The notes under the pieces were generated by a model. That model was not told where the DNA came from and ran no database searches. It saw nothing but the letters and a program-made list of their open reading frames with translations. A program made the translations under genes and the position numbers. This document shows, one piece after another, positions 10,601 to 19,266 of a stretch of DNA of 64,000 bases; the stretch's first letter is position 1; each line of letters opens with the position of its first letter. The stretch covers positions 58,812 to 122,811 of the forward strand of contig NZ_JAQZBC010000008.1 in NCBI RefSeq assembly GCF_029239295.1. The letters are read 5' to 3'. Source of the stretch: Sphingomonas sp. Its GTDB lineage: Bacteria > Pseudomonadota > Alphaproteobacteria > Sphingomonadales > Sphingomonadaceae.

Positions 10601-10807
10601 CCGGTAGCTCGCCGGGACATTGCTGGCGGCAAAGGTGCGGTCGATCACCCCCGACGCGATCGGCACGCGCGACAGCCATAGCGCGGCGACGCCCAGCAGC
10701 AGCAAAAACAGGAGGACAAGCAGCAATCGCGCGATCGTGCGACGGCGTGTCCTCCCGGCCCCCTCGGCTGTCACCTTGCCCCTTCTCGATCCGCGAACAA
10801 ACCGCAC
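7604..10807 (-). CDS. ydbH: YdbH-like AsmA-family bridge lipid-transport protein
   Basis: N-terminal TM anchor, about 1050 aa beta-rich; C-terminal WPFASG and ALRSLRYRNLEL motifs; operon with ynbE-ydbL; true start may be slightly downstream. Confidence 0.8.
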   Translation of the reverse strand: MRFVRGSRRGKVTAEGAGRTRRRTIARLLLVLLFLLLLGVAALWLSRVPIASGVIDRTFAASNVPASYRIDNLGLRRQRLTNVVIGDPANPDLVADWIETRLSVSGGRPQLDSVRAGRMRLRGRLVDGRLSLGAIDRLMPAPSGQPFALPALGLEVADARMRLETPLGVIGVRLSGRGRLNENFRGTLAAVAPSMKLADCRVQRPTAFMAVEVRDAAPKLSGPLRAVAVSCGGVQVSAPAARLDVGLNAALTHWDGAASLQTQAVAASGAKVATLGGQINFAGDAARTQGRAQFRGERVSVAGISSRLAGFAGTWRLAAGRAILAGRFDGQGVALAPSLRGQLAAGGNAAAGTPLAPLATAAGNALARAGSDFSLAGEAAVGTAVGRPLASVRELTIRAATGATFAFGEGGEVVIGDPAGLRANGTLRVGGGGLPEGTVQVAQRHAGGPITGGATIAPYAAGGARLELTPARFSAAPDGRTTLQTIATLSGPLSGGAVEELRIPLSAALDQRGAIALNRSCTDAAFTRLTLSGLTLRNMRVSLCPLDGAMFRMGRDGVGGGIAVSEPRLTGTLGGSPLQARARRAEWRHAGASFALDGVETWIGRADAQTKLDFGTLVGRVASGDILGTFAGGSGRIGAVPLRLADAAGRWRFRDSVLTLDGDLSVSDTADSARFRPLAARAVTLRLANNVITADGTLFEPAKNVKVADVAIRHLLSSGRGTARLGVTGITFGDGFQPEELTPLTFGVIADVRGSVRGTGDISWSPDGVTSTGLFSTDKLDLAAAFGPVSGIKGDLRFTDLLALESAPNQKATVAEINPGVAVTDGTVDYQLLRDLRVKVNGAVWPFASGILTLQPTLLDFSSPQERRMTFLIERMEARHFLQKFDFKNLDATGVADGVLPMIFDQSGGRIENGRLVMREGGGSIAYLGELTEEDLGTWGNIAFQALRSLRYRNLELVMNGPLAGEMVTEVKFAGISQGEGAKSNFLVRRLQKLPFVFNIRITAPFRGLIDSVASFYDPKRLIDRNLPALIEEQNRRVQPPAVTLPAAPPSNTQPPAIQPSASEMMP

Positions 10808-10936
10808 CTCTACGGATTGATCATCGCGGTTGGAAGCGGCACCGCACCGCGCGGTCGGCCATCGCAGTGCCAGCCGAGATCAGCGCCGCCGCCGCGCGAT
10901 TGCATGGCCCTGCCGCGCAGCTTAGCCTCCGCAACC

Positions 10937-11629
10937 ATGGCCGACGACGAACCCGCCGCATCAGACAATCACGGCCACCGTGCCCGGCTGCGCAGCCGCT
11001 TGCTGGCCGGCGGCGGGGAGGCGTTGCTCGACCATGAGCTGATCGAATATCTGCTGGCACTCGCGATCCCGCGGCGGGACACCAAGCCGCTCGCGAAGGC
11101 GCTGCTGCGGGAGTTCGGTGGGATCGGCGGGCTCCTGACAGCTGACTCCGTAGCCCTCACGCGGGTTTCCGGCATGGGAGAGACCAGCGCTGCCGCGATC
11201 AAGATCGCGCAGGCGGCGGCGCTGCGCCTGCTTCAGACCGAGGCCGCGGCACGGCCGATGCTGGGAAACTGGCAGGCGCTGCTGGATTACCTCCACGCCG
11301 ACATGGCGCATCACGTGATCGAGCGGGTGCGCGTGCTTCATCTCAACAGCCGCAACATGCTGATCCGTGACGAGGTGATGAGCGAAGGGTCGATCGATCA
11401 GGCGCAGGTCCATGTGCGCGAGGTCATCCGCCGCGCGATCGACCTGGGGTCCGCAGCGATCATCCTGGTGCACAACCACCCGTCGGGCGACCCATCCCCC
11501 AGCCGTGCCGACATCGAGATCACACGAGCGATCGTCGATGCCGGAAAAGGGCTGGGCATTGCGGTGCACGATCACCTGATCATCGGCACCAGCGGCCATG
11601 TCAGCCTGCGCGCCAAGGGGCTGATGTAG
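10937..11629 (+). CDS. radC: DNA repair protein RadC (JAB/MPN domain)
   Basis: GHRARLR N-terminus and HNHPSGDPSPSRAD JAB motif. Confidence 0.95.
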   Translation: MADDEPAASDNHGHRARLRSRLLAGGGEALLDHELIEYLLALAIPRRDTKPLAKALLREFGGIGGLLTADSVALTRVSGMGETSAAAIKIAQAAALRLLQTEAAARPMLGNWQALLDYLHADMAHHVIERVRVLHLNSRNMLIRDEVMSEGSIDQAQVHVREVIRRAIDLGSAAIILVHNHPSGDPSPSRADIEITRAIVDAGKGLGIAVHDHLIIGTSGHVSLRAKGLM

Positions 11630-11644
11630 CCCCTGAGCGTCGCA

Positions 11645-11824
11645 TCAATGGCCGGCGTTCTTCTCGGCCTTTTCCTCAGCCGCCGTCTTCGGCTCGGCCA
11701 TCTGCGGCGGTTCCGACGTCAGCATCGATCCTTCAAGCGCAATGTCGAGCTTCGCATCTTCATCGAGCGGATTGCCGTCGGCGTCCGTCTTGGCGAGCGG
11801 GTCGGTCTGAGCGGGATTGGGCAT
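11645..11824 (-). CDS. Unlisted 59-aa acidic small protein, MPNPAQTDPLAKTDADGNPLDEDAKLDIALEGSMLTSEPPQMAEPKTAAEEKAEKNAGH
   Basis: Own translation; RBS GGAAGGAG 6 nt upstream of ATG; GC3-biased codons; EcfG-type promoter upstream. Confidence 0.7.
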   Translation of the reverse strand: MPNPAQTDPLAKTDADGNPLDEDAKLDIALEGSMLTSEPPQMAEPKTAAEEKAEKNAGH

Positions 11825-11844
11825 GTTGGTCTCCTTCCCACATC

Positions 11845-11870
11845 AACGGGTCAGCGGCCACGCGCGTTCC
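11845..11870 (-). promoter_or_regulatory. EcfG/sigmaT (general stress response) promoter
   Basis: Perfect GGAAC-N17-CGTT on the minus strand. Confidence 0.7.
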
Positions 11871-11877
11871 GCGCCGG

Positions 11878-13800
11878 TCATTTGGCGTGGTAGAAGTCGT
11901 ACACCTGCTGCGCGACGCCGGCACTGACGCCCGGTGCCTTCTGCAGATCCGCCAGGCTGGCATTGCGCACTGCTCGCGCGGTGCCGAAATGCATCAACAG
12001 CGCCTTCTTTCGGGCGGGACCGATGCCGGGGACTTCGTCCAGCGGGCTCGCGCCCATCGCCTTCGCACGCTTGTCGCGGTGCGCGCCGATAACGAAGCGG
12101 TGCACCTCGTCGCGTAGCCGCTGGAGGTAGAACAGCACCGGCGAATTCACCGGCAGCGTCAGTTCGCGCCCGTCCATCAGGTGGAACACTTCGCGCCCCT
12201 CACGGCCGTGATGCGGGCCCTTGGCGACACCGACCAGGCAGATGTCCTCGATGCCGAGATCCTCGAGCACTGCCTTTGCCGCATTCAGTTGACCCCGGCC
12301 GCCGTCGAGCAGCACCAGATCAGGCCAGGTATCGCCGTCGCGATCGGGATCCTCCTCGATCGCACGGGCGAAGCGGCGGGTGAGCACTTCGCGCATCATG
12401 GCGAAATCGTCATCGGTCGCCGCCTGCTTGATGTTGAACTTGCGATACTGGCCCTTGCGGAAGCCTTCCGGGCCCGCGACCACCATCGCGCCAACGGCAT
12501 TGGTGCCCTGGATATGGCTGTTGTCGTACACTTCGATACGCTGCGGCGGCTCGGCGAGGCCGAACAGGTCCGCCACCTCGCGGTTGAGCTTGGCCTGCGT
12601 GGTGCTTTCCGCCAGCCGGCGCTCCAGCGCCTCCGTGGCATTGCGGCAGGCCTGTTCCATCAGCCGCTTGCGCGTGCCCCGCTGCGGCACCTCGATCGAC
12701 ACCTTGCGCCCCGCCTGCGTGGTCAGCGCCTCGGCCAGCAGTTCCGCCTCGGGCAATACGCGATCGACCAGCACCGCCTTCACCGGTGGCACCTCCTCGT
12801 AGAATTGCATGAGGAACTGGGTCATCACCTCGTCCTCTGTCACGTCGGCGGTATGCGACGGGAAGAAGCTGCGGTGGCCCCAATTCTGCCCGCCGCGGAT
12901 GAAGAACGCCTGGATGCCGATCACGCCCTCATGGCTGGCGAGCGCGAAGATGTCCGCATCCCCCACCCCCTCGGCGTTGATGAACTGCGAGCCCTGGATG
13001 AAGGTGAGCGCGCGCAGCCGGTCACGCAGCACGGCGGCAAGCTCGAAATCCATTGCCGCCGCCGCCGCTTCCATCTGAGCGCCAAGCTTCGCCTGTACGT
13101 CGGTCGCCTTGCCGGCCAGGAACTTCTTCGAATCGGCGACCAGCTCGTCATAGCCGGCCTTGTCGATCCGCCCGACGCACGGCGCGGAGCAGCGCTTGAT
13201 CTGGTACAGCAGGCATGGCCGGTCGCGCGTCTTGAAGAAGCCGTCGGTACAGCTTCGCAGCAGGAACAGTTTCTGCAGCGCGTTCAGCGTGTTGTTGACG
13301 CTGCCGGCGCTAGCGAACGGGCCGTAGTAATCACCCTTTGCCCGGCGCGCGCCGCGATGCTTCTGGATGCGCGGAAACTCGTGATCGGCGCGCAGCAGGA
13401 TGAACGGGAAGCTCTTATCGTCGCGCAGCAGCACGTTGTACGGCGGACGATAGCGCTTGATCAGCTGCGCCTCGAGCAGCAGCGCCTCGGCCTCGTTATT
13501 GGTCGTGACGATCGTCATCGACCGCGTCTGCGACACCATCCGCTGGAGCCGCTTCGACAGGTTGTTGATCTGGGTATAGTTGGTGACGCGGTTCTTCAGC
13601 GCGCGCGCCTTGCCGACGTACAGCACGTCGCCGCGCGCATCCTGCATTCGGTACACCCCCGGCCGCGACGGCAACGTGCGAACGACATTGCGGATCGCCG
13701 CCACGCCAGCCTCCAAATCGGGCTGGTCGCTGCCGCGGATCGCGAATGTCGCTTTCTCTTCGTTGAACCGGTCAGGCGGGCCGTAGGAACCTTGCATCAC
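11878..13800 (-). CDS. uvrC: Excinuclease ABC subunit C
   Basis: GIY-YIG (PGVYRM...LYVGKA), YDNSHIQG, LDGGRGQL, RDEVHRF, C-terminal HhH. Confidence 0.98.
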   Translation of the reverse strand: MMQGSYGPPDRFNEEKATFAIRGSDQPDLEAGVAAIRNVVRTLPSRPGVYRMQDARGDVLYVGKARALKNRVTNYTQINNLSKRLQRMVSQTRSMTIVTTNNEAEALLLEAQLIKRYRPPYNVLLRDDKSFPFILLRADHEFPRIQKHRGARRAKGDYYGPFASAGSVNNTLNALQKLFLLRSCTDGFFKTRDRPCLLYQIKRCSAPCVGRIDKAGYDELVADSKKFLAGKATDVQAKLGAQMEAAAAAMDFELAAVLRDRLRALTFIQGSQFINAEGVGDADIFALASHEGVIGIQAFFIRGGQNWGHRSFFPSHTADVTEDEVMTQFLMQFYEEVPPVKAVLVDRVLPEAELLAEALTTQAGRKVSIEVPQRGTRKRLMEQACRNATEALERRLAESTTQAKLNREVADLFGLAEPPQRIEVYDNSHIQGTNAVGAMVVAGPEGFRKGQYRKFNIKQAATDDDFAMMREVLTRRFARAIEEDPDRDGDTWPDLVLLDGGRGQLNAAKAVLEDLGIEDICLVGVAKGPHHGREGREVFHLMDGRELTLPVNSPVLFYLQRLRDEVHRFVIGAHRDKRAKAMGASPLDEVPGIGPARKKALLMHFGTARAVRNASLADLQKAPGVSAGVAQQVYDFYHAK

Positions 13801-13874
13801 GTGCGATCTAGGGCCGATCAGCCGGTTTTTGAACCATGTAGCGCGTCACCCTCGGCCACGGGCAGTGCCGATGG

Positions 13875-13900
13875 GGAACGCACCGCTTGGCACGGGTGTT
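13875..13900 (+). promoter_or_regulatory. Candidate EcfG/sigmaT promoter (one mismatch)
   Basis: GGAAC-N17-TGTT ending 8 nt before ATG 13909. Confidence 0.45.
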
Positions 13901-13908
13901 GAACGGGC

Positions 13909-14247
13909 ATGACCCAGAAACGCGACAGCAGCGGCCGCTTCAAGGCCGATCATCACCAGCGCAATGTAGCTATCGGCGCTGCCACTGCGATCGGCGCGAT
14001 CGCTACCGGCCTCGCCAGCGCGATCCATTTTGGCCTGTTCGACCGGTTCTTTACCCCGAAGGACGGCCACCCCGCCCCGGATCTGGAGGGCGATCACCAT
14101 CCGGGCCCGAACGAGCGTGCGCCGGATCATTTTCGTCCGGATCCGACCGCGCCGGTACCCGCGTCGGAACGCGAGGCGCTGCGCCCGGCCACCGGCCCCG
14201 CGCCCGGCTTCGCTGCCAATAGCGGCGATCTGCGCAGCGAGCCGTAA
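13909..14247 (+). CDS. Small hypothetical membrane-associated protein (112 aa)
   Basis: Coding-like ORF with one hydrophobic segment (VAIGAATAIGAIATGLASAIHFGL) and a Pro/His/Asp-rich tail. Confidence 0.7.
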   Translation: MTQKRDSSGRFKADHHQRNVAIGAATAIGAIATGLASAIHFGLFDRFFTPKDGHPAPDLEGDHHPGPNERAPDHFRPDPTAPVPASEREALRPATGPAPGFAANSGDLRSEP

Positions 14248-14268
14248 ACCCGCTTGGTTCCGGCAGGA

Positions 14269-14300
14269 CGACGGCGGGCACCATATGGTGCCCGCCGTCG
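14269..14300. repeat. 32-bp perfect palindrome between convergent genes
   Basis: CGACGGCGGGCACCAT|ATGGTGCCCGCCGTCG. Confidence 0.85.
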
Positions 14301-14319
14301 GCTGGCCGCCATTCGGCGC

Positions 14320-16026
14320 TTACTTGGCGGGCGTCTTCACGCCCTTCGCGCGATCAAACACCTTTTCGCCACCAACCCAGGTCTGTTCGACCTTGATGTT
14401 GCGCAGGCCCATCGCATCGACCGACAGTGGATCGCGGTCCACCACGATGAAGTCGGCTTTCTGCCCCGGCGCCAGATTGCCGAAGTTCTTTTCGGCAAAA
14501 CCGGCATAGGCCGCGCCGCCAGTGAACGCCCACCATGCCTGTTCGCGCGACACCGCTTCTTCCGGGTGCCACCCGCCGGGCGGCTGGCCATTGGCGTCCT
14601 GCCGCGTGAAGGCCGCGGCCCAGCCGGCCCAGGGATCGGGCTTCTCGACCGGGAAGTCGGACCCGAACGCCAGCTTGCCGCCGTTATCCAGCACCGATTT
14701 CCAGGCATAGGCGCCCGACAGTCGCGTCGGCCCCAGCCGCGCCTCGGCCATGGTGCGGTCGCCCGTCTGGTGCGTCGGCTGCATCGAGGCGATCGTACCG
14801 TATTTGCCAAAGCTCTTGAGATCGGTCGGATCGACGATCTGGGCATGTTCGATCCGCCAGCGACGATCGCCGCCATAGGTCGCGTTCAGCACCTGAATAG
14901 CATCGAGTACCTGAGAATTGGCCTTGTCGCCGATCGCGTGCACAGCCAGCTGGAAGTTATCCATTGCCGCGCGGCTCATCTGGTTCTGCAGCTGCGTATC
15001 GGACAGGAAACTGAGCCCCTTCTCCCCGGCGGCGTCCGCATAGGGCGCTTTCAGCGCGGCGCCGCGCGAACCAAGCGCGCCGTCGAGATAGATCTTCACC
15101 CCGCCGAGACGCAGGTGATCGTCGTACAACCAGGGCGTCGGCCCCTTGCCGCCGATCTTGCTCGCCGTCTCGACGCCCGCCGCATAGCTCATGATCCGGA
15201 CGCGCATGGCGCCGATATCCGCCATACGCCGGTAGCTGAGCCAGTCGTCGATGGTCGTGCCCATATCGGCAACCGCGGTGATGCCATTGGCAAGAAGCGC
15301 CTGCTGCGCCTCGAGAAACGCAGCGTCGCGCTCCTTCGGCAGTGGCTGCGGCACCGCGCGCTCGATCAGCTGCATCGCCGCATCGACGAAGACGCCGGCG
15401 GGAGCGTTGCCGCTCTTCTCGATCCGGCCACCTGCCGGAGACGCGGTAGAAGCGGTGACATTGGCCTCACGCATCGCGGCGCTGTTCGCCCAGCCGGCGT
15501 GGCCATCGGCACGCTCCAGCCACACGGCACGATCGCCGACGACCTGGTCAAGATCCGCCGCAGTGGGGAAACGGCCGAGGCCCCAGGCCTCCTGGTTCCA
15601 GCCACGCCCCGTGATCCACTTGCGGTTGGGATTGGCCTGCGCATAGGCGGCGACCATCGCTTTCGCCTCATCCAGCGAGCGAGCGCCCGACAGGTCGAGC
15701 GACAAGGCACCGAAACCCAGGCCCATGACATGGCCATGCGCGTCGATGAAGCCGGGCAGCACGGTCTTGCCGCCCATGTCGATGCGCCAGTCGTACAGCG
15801 GCTTGCCGGCGTTCTTCTTCAGCTCGCGGCGGCTGAGCTTGGGCGGTTCCTCGCCCGGGGGCACCAGCCGGGTGACGCGGCCCTGCTGGTCGATCAGCAG
15901 CGCCTTGAAGCGAACGACCTTGCCGTCGGCGGTCGGCGCGATGCCGTTGACGTTGTCGACGATGCCGTCGGCGCTTGCCGGAACCGCCATGATGGCCGTT
16001 GCGAGCAGGAGAAGGGCGCGCTTCAT
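14320..16026 (-). CDS. Amidohydrolase family 3 (YtcJ-like), exported
   Basis: PGFIDAHGH, VKIYLDGALGSRGAAL, HAIGDKAN, RIEHAQ, FGSDFPVE motifs; signal peptide. Confidence 0.9.
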   Translation of the reverse strand: MKRALLLLATAIMAVPASADGIVDNVNGIAPTADGKVVRFKALLIDQQGRVTRLVPPGEEPPKLSRRELKKNAGKPLYDWRIDMGGKTVLPGFIDAHGHVMGLGFGALSLDLSGARSLDEAKAMVAAYAQANPNRKWITGRGWNQEAWGLGRFPTAADLDQVVGDRAVWLERADGHAGWANSAAMREANVTASTASPAGGRIEKSGNAPAGVFVDAAMQLIERAVPQPLPKERDAAFLEAQQALLANGITAVADMGTTIDDWLSYRRMADIGAMRVRIMSYAAGVETASKIGGKGPTPWLYDDHLRLGGVKIYLDGALGSRGAALKAPYADAAGEKGLSFLSDTQLQNQMSRAAMDNFQLAVHAIGDKANSQVLDAIQVLNATYGGDRRWRIEHAQIVDPTDLKSFGKYGTIASMQPTHQTGDRTMAEARLGPTRLSGAYAWKSVLDNGGKLAFGSDFPVEKPDPWAGWAAAFTRQDANGQPPGGWHPEEAVSREQAWWAFTGGAAYAGFAEKNFGNLAPGQKADFIVVDRDPLSVDAMGLRNIKVEQTWVGGEKVFDRAKGVKTPAK

Positions 16027-16862
16027 CGCGGCAGCCTCCGCATCAGCGCACTCGTATCCTGCCTGCCACCACCCATTTTCTGTACCTCGGCGTAGAATTG
16101 ATCCACGAGTGCCGCCACCGGCAGCACCGCCCCGTTCCGCTTCGCTTCGTCGAGCGCAAGGCCAAGATCCTTGCGCATCCAGTCGACCGCGAAGCCGAAG
16201 TCGAATTCGTCGCGGGCCATCGTCGGCCAGCGGTTCACCATCTGCCAGCTTTGCGCCGCGCCGCCGGAGATCGCCTCGAACACCTTGTCGAGATCAAGCT
16301 CGCTCGCCTGGGCGAAACGCAGCGCCTCGGACAAGCCCTGCAGCACCCCGGCGATGCAGATCTGGTTGACCATCTTCGCCTGCTGCCCCGCGCCGGGCGC
16401 GCCGACATGGACGATCCGGGCCGCGTATGCCTCCATTACGGGGCGGGCGCGGTCGAAAGCGGCCTCGCTGGCGCCGCACATGATCGACAATTGGCCCTTT
16501 TCGGCGCCTGCCTGGCCGCCCGACACCGGTGCATCGACGCTGAGCGGTCGTGTCGCCGCCAGACGGCGGGCGATGTTGGCAGAGACGGTCGTGTGGTCGA
16601 TGAATACGGCGTCATCGCCCATCGCGGCGAACGCCCCATCGGGACCCAAGGTGACGGCGGCGAGATCGTCGTCATTGCCGACGCAGGTGATCACCGCATC
16701 GGCGCCGGCAGCGGCGGCGGCCGGCGTATCGGCCACGGTCAGCCCCGTCGCCTCCGCCTTTGCCCGTGTCCGGTTGTAAACGGTGACCTGGTGACCGGCG
16801 CTAGCCAGATGCCCGGCCATGGGCGCACCCATGACGCCGGTGCCGATAAAAGCGATCCTCAT
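16023..16862 (-). CDS. NAD(P)-dependent oxidoreductase, 3-hydroxyisobutyrate/tartronate semialdehyde reductase family
   Basis: FIGTGVMGAPMA, DAPVSGGQAGA, KMVNQI, KDLGLAL. Confidence 0.9.
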   Translation of the reverse strand: MRIAFIGTGVMGAPMAGHLASAGHQVTVYNRTRAKAEATGLTVADTPAAAAAGADAVITCVGNDDDLAAVTLGPDGAFAAMGDDAVFIDHTTVSANIARRLAATRPLSVDAPVSGGQAGAEKGQLSIMCGASEAAFDRARPVMEAYAARIVHVGAPGAGQQAKMVNQICIAGVLQGLSEALRFAQASELDLDKVFEAISGGAAQSWQMVNRWPTMARDEFDFGFAVDWMRKDLGLALDEAKRNGAVLPVAALVDQFYAEVQKMGGGRQDTSALMRRLPR

Positions 16863-16940
16863 GCCCGGCGGGATAGGGCCTGTTTGCACCGCGCGCCAGA
16901 TGCTCCTACTGGCGACGTCTGCGAACCAGGATCAATGATC

Positions 16941-17021
16941 CCGTTCGGGCCGAGCCTGTCGAAGCCCCTGCCCTTCTTCTTCGAAGAAATGACAGCCCTT
17001 CAACACGTTCAGGGCGGACGG
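16941..17021. repeat. Degenerate REP-like inverted-repeat element
   Basis: Arms CCGTTCGGGCCGAGCCTGTCGAAG and CTTCAACACGTTCAGGGCGGACGG are imperfect inverted repeats resembling the CCCTTCGACAAGCTCAGGGCGAACGG repeat family. Confidence 0.55.
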
Positions 17022-17039
17022 GCGGTAGGACCTTTGCGT

Positions 17040-18284
17040 ATGGCGACTGCGGTGCACCCCACGACCGAAACCCTTCCCGTCAGCCTGGCGGACGTGCGCG
17101 CCGCTCATAGCCGAATTCGCGATTCGATCGTCCATACCCCGACGCTCGTCAGCAAGACGCTGTCCGCGCTGGCGGGAGCGACGATCTACCTCAAATTCGA
17201 GAATCTGCAGTTCACCGCAGCCTATAAGGAACGCGGCGCGCTCAACACGCTGCTGCTGCTCGACGACGACGCCAAGGCGCGTGGCGTGATCGCAGCATCG
17301 GCCGGCAACCATGCGCAAGGGCTGGCCTATCATGCCAATCGCCTGGGCGTGCCGGCCACGATCGTGATGCCGATGACGACCCCCATCGTGAAGATCGTCC
17401 AGACCGAAGGCCATGGCGCGACGGTGGTCTTGCACGGCAACACCTTCGACGAGGCCTATGCCCATGCCCGCGTGCTGGAGGCGGAGCGCGGCTACACCTT
17501 CGTCCATCCGTTCGACGACGCGCGCGTCATCGCCGGCCAGGGCACGGTGGCGATCGAGATGCTGGAGGAGATCCCGTCGCTCGACACGCTGGTGGTGCCG
17601 ATCGGCGGCGGCGGGCTGATTTCGGGAATGGCGACCGTCGCCCGCGCGGCGGACCATCCCATCGAAGTGATCGGCGTTCAGGCCGAGCTGTTCCCGTCGA
17701 TGTACAACAAGCTGCGCCACACCGACCTGCCGTGCGCCGGCGATACGCTGGCCGAGGGCATTGCGGTGAAGCAGCCGGGCGGCCTGACGGCGAAGATGGT
17801 CGAGGCGCTGGTCGACGACATCCTGCTGGTATCCGAGCGCAGCCTGGAGGAATCAGTCAGCCTGCTGCTGCAGATCGAGAAGACCGTGGTCGAGGGCGCC
17901 GGCGCCGCCGGCCTCGCCGCAGTGCTCGCCAACAAGGAGCGGTTCGCCGGCAAGACCGTGGGAATCGTGCTGTGCGGCGGCAACATCGACACGCGCCTGC
18001 TGGCGAACGTGCTGCTGCGCGATCTGGCACGATCCGGCCGGCTGGCGCGGCTGCGCATCCGCCTGCAGGATCAGCCGGGCGCGCTCTACAATGTCGCGCG
18101 CATCTTCGACCAGGAGCGGGTCAACATCCTCGAGCTGTCGCACCAGCGCATCTTCACCAACCTGCCGGCGAAGGGCCTGAGCCTGGACGTCGAATGCGAA
18201 ACGCGCGATCGCGCGCATCTCGACCGGCTGCTCGCCGCGCTGGATGTGGCGCAATACCAAGTAAGCCTGATCGAACTTGCCTGA
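17040..18284 (+). CDS. ilvA: Threonine ammonia-lyase with C-terminal ACT domain
   Basis: ENLQFTAAYKERG (PLP Lys), ASAGNHAQG, PIGGGGLISG, EGAGAAGLAA, ACT tail; ATG 17040. Confidence 0.92.
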   Translation: MATAVHPTTETLPVSLADVRAAHSRIRDSIVHTPTLVSKTLSALAGATIYLKFENLQFTAAYKERGALNTLLLLDDDAKARGVIAASAGNHAQGLAYHANRLGVPATIVMPMTTPIVKIVQTEGHGATVVLHGNTFDEAYAHARVLEAERGYTFVHPFDDARVIAGQGTVAIEMLEEIPSLDTLVVPIGGGGLISGMATVARAADHPIEVIGVQAELFPSMYNKLRHTDLPCAGDTLAEGIAVKQPGGLTAKMVEALVDDILLVSERSLEESVSLLLQIEKTVVEGAGAAGLAAVLANKERFAGKTVGIVLCGGNIDTRLLANVLLRDLARSGRLARLRIRLQDQPGALYNVARIFDQERVNILELSHQRIFTNLPAKGLSLDVECETRDRAHLDRLLAALDVAQYQVSLIELA

Positions 18285-18466
18285 TCGACCCTGCTGAACG
18301 CGTGCGCCGATATGCCCCACAATGGGTCAATTCGGCGCCGCGGTAGCAATTGGTTCATTCATCGACGGCAAAACGGCGGCGCGCCGGCTTTTCACTGGGC
18401 CGGCGTCTCTTCATATCGATCACGGCACGCGCGCCAGAGCCGCGTTCGACTGGAGTTCCGCCCGCG

Positions 18467-19234
18467 GTGACCGCCTCTTTCCGTTTCCCCCGCTTCTTCG
18501 TGACGAGTTCTGCCCCCTGCCCGTATCTGCCGGGTCGCGAGGAGCGGAAGGTGTTCACCGAGCTGTCGGGGTCGAACGCCGCGGAGCTCAACGACGCGTT
18601 GGGGCGCATCGGTTTTCGCCGCAGCCAATCGGTCGCCTACCGCCCGTCGTGCGTCGGCTGCGCCGCCTGTGTATCGGTACGGGTGCGCACCAAGGAATTC
18701 GTGCCCAATGGCAGCCAGCGAAAGCTGATCCGACGCAGCGCCGACCTGGACGTCACTGCATGCAAGCCCTGGGCGACCGACGAGCAGTTCCAGCTGCTCT
18801 CCCGCTACCTCGCGCATCGTCACCCCACCGGCGGCATGGCGGGGATGGACGAGCAGGATTACGCCGACATGGTGGAGCATTCCCCGGTTAACACCGTGAT
18901 CGTGGAATATCGCGAACCTGCGACCGATGGGCGTCAGGGCAAACTGCTGGGTGCCTGCCTGACCGACCAGCAGGTCGACGGGCTGTCGATGATCTACAGC
19001 TTCTTCGATCCCGACATGCCGACGCGGCCCGGACTAGGCAATCTCATCATCCTCGACCACATCCTGCGCGCCGCGCGGGCCGGACTGCCCTATGTCTATC
19101 TGGGCTATTGGGTGAAGGGCGCCGAGCGGATGGCCTACAAGACGCGCTATCAACCGCTGGAAGCGCTGGGTCCACGCGGCTGGGCACTGATGCCGACCGA
19201 AGGCAAAGCGGCCGGCGTCGAACAGATCGCTTAG
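18467..19234 (+). CDS. bpt: Ate/Bpt-family aminoacyl-tRNA--protein transferase (N-end rule)
   Basis: CPYLPG, GFRRSQ...[21 protein letters not shown] motifs; GTG 18467 with GGAG upstream. Confidence 0.88.
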   Translation: MTASFRFPRFFVTSSAPCPYLPGREERKVFTELSGSNAAELNDALGRIGFRRSQSVAYRPSCVGCAACVSVRVRTKEFVPNGSQRKLIRRSADLDVTACKPWATDEQFQLLSRYLAHRHPTGGMAGMDEQDYADMVEHSPVNTVIVEYREPATDGRQGKLLGACLTDQQVDGLSMIYSFFDPDMPTRPGLGNLIILDHILRAARAGLPYVYLGYWVKGAERMAYKTRYQPLEALGPRGWALMPTEGKAAGVEQIA

Positions 19235-19266
19235 CGCCCGACCGGCGCCGCCGCGCCGCTAGGCGG

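Noticed and set aside
10937-11629. radC as a marker of a mobile element
   Set aside because: It is the full-length chromosomal type with the N-terminal HhH region, in a core-gene context
12181-13902. Long antisense ORFs (also 14254..16095, 45676..47124, 58133..59962, 40619..41824 and others)
   Set aside because: They lie opposite well-supported genes and have no recognisable motifs; typical shadow ORFs of high-GC DNA
13887-13902. Sigma54-like TTGGCACG-N4-TTGA motif
   Set aside because: It lacks the GC at -12 and would place the start site inside the CDS; the overlapping EcfG-type motif fits better
15999-17039. 761-aa ORF suggesting a long N-terminal extension of ilvA
   Set aside because: The extension is the antisense shadow of the oxidoreductase gene plus the REP-like element; ilvA homology starts near ATG 17040
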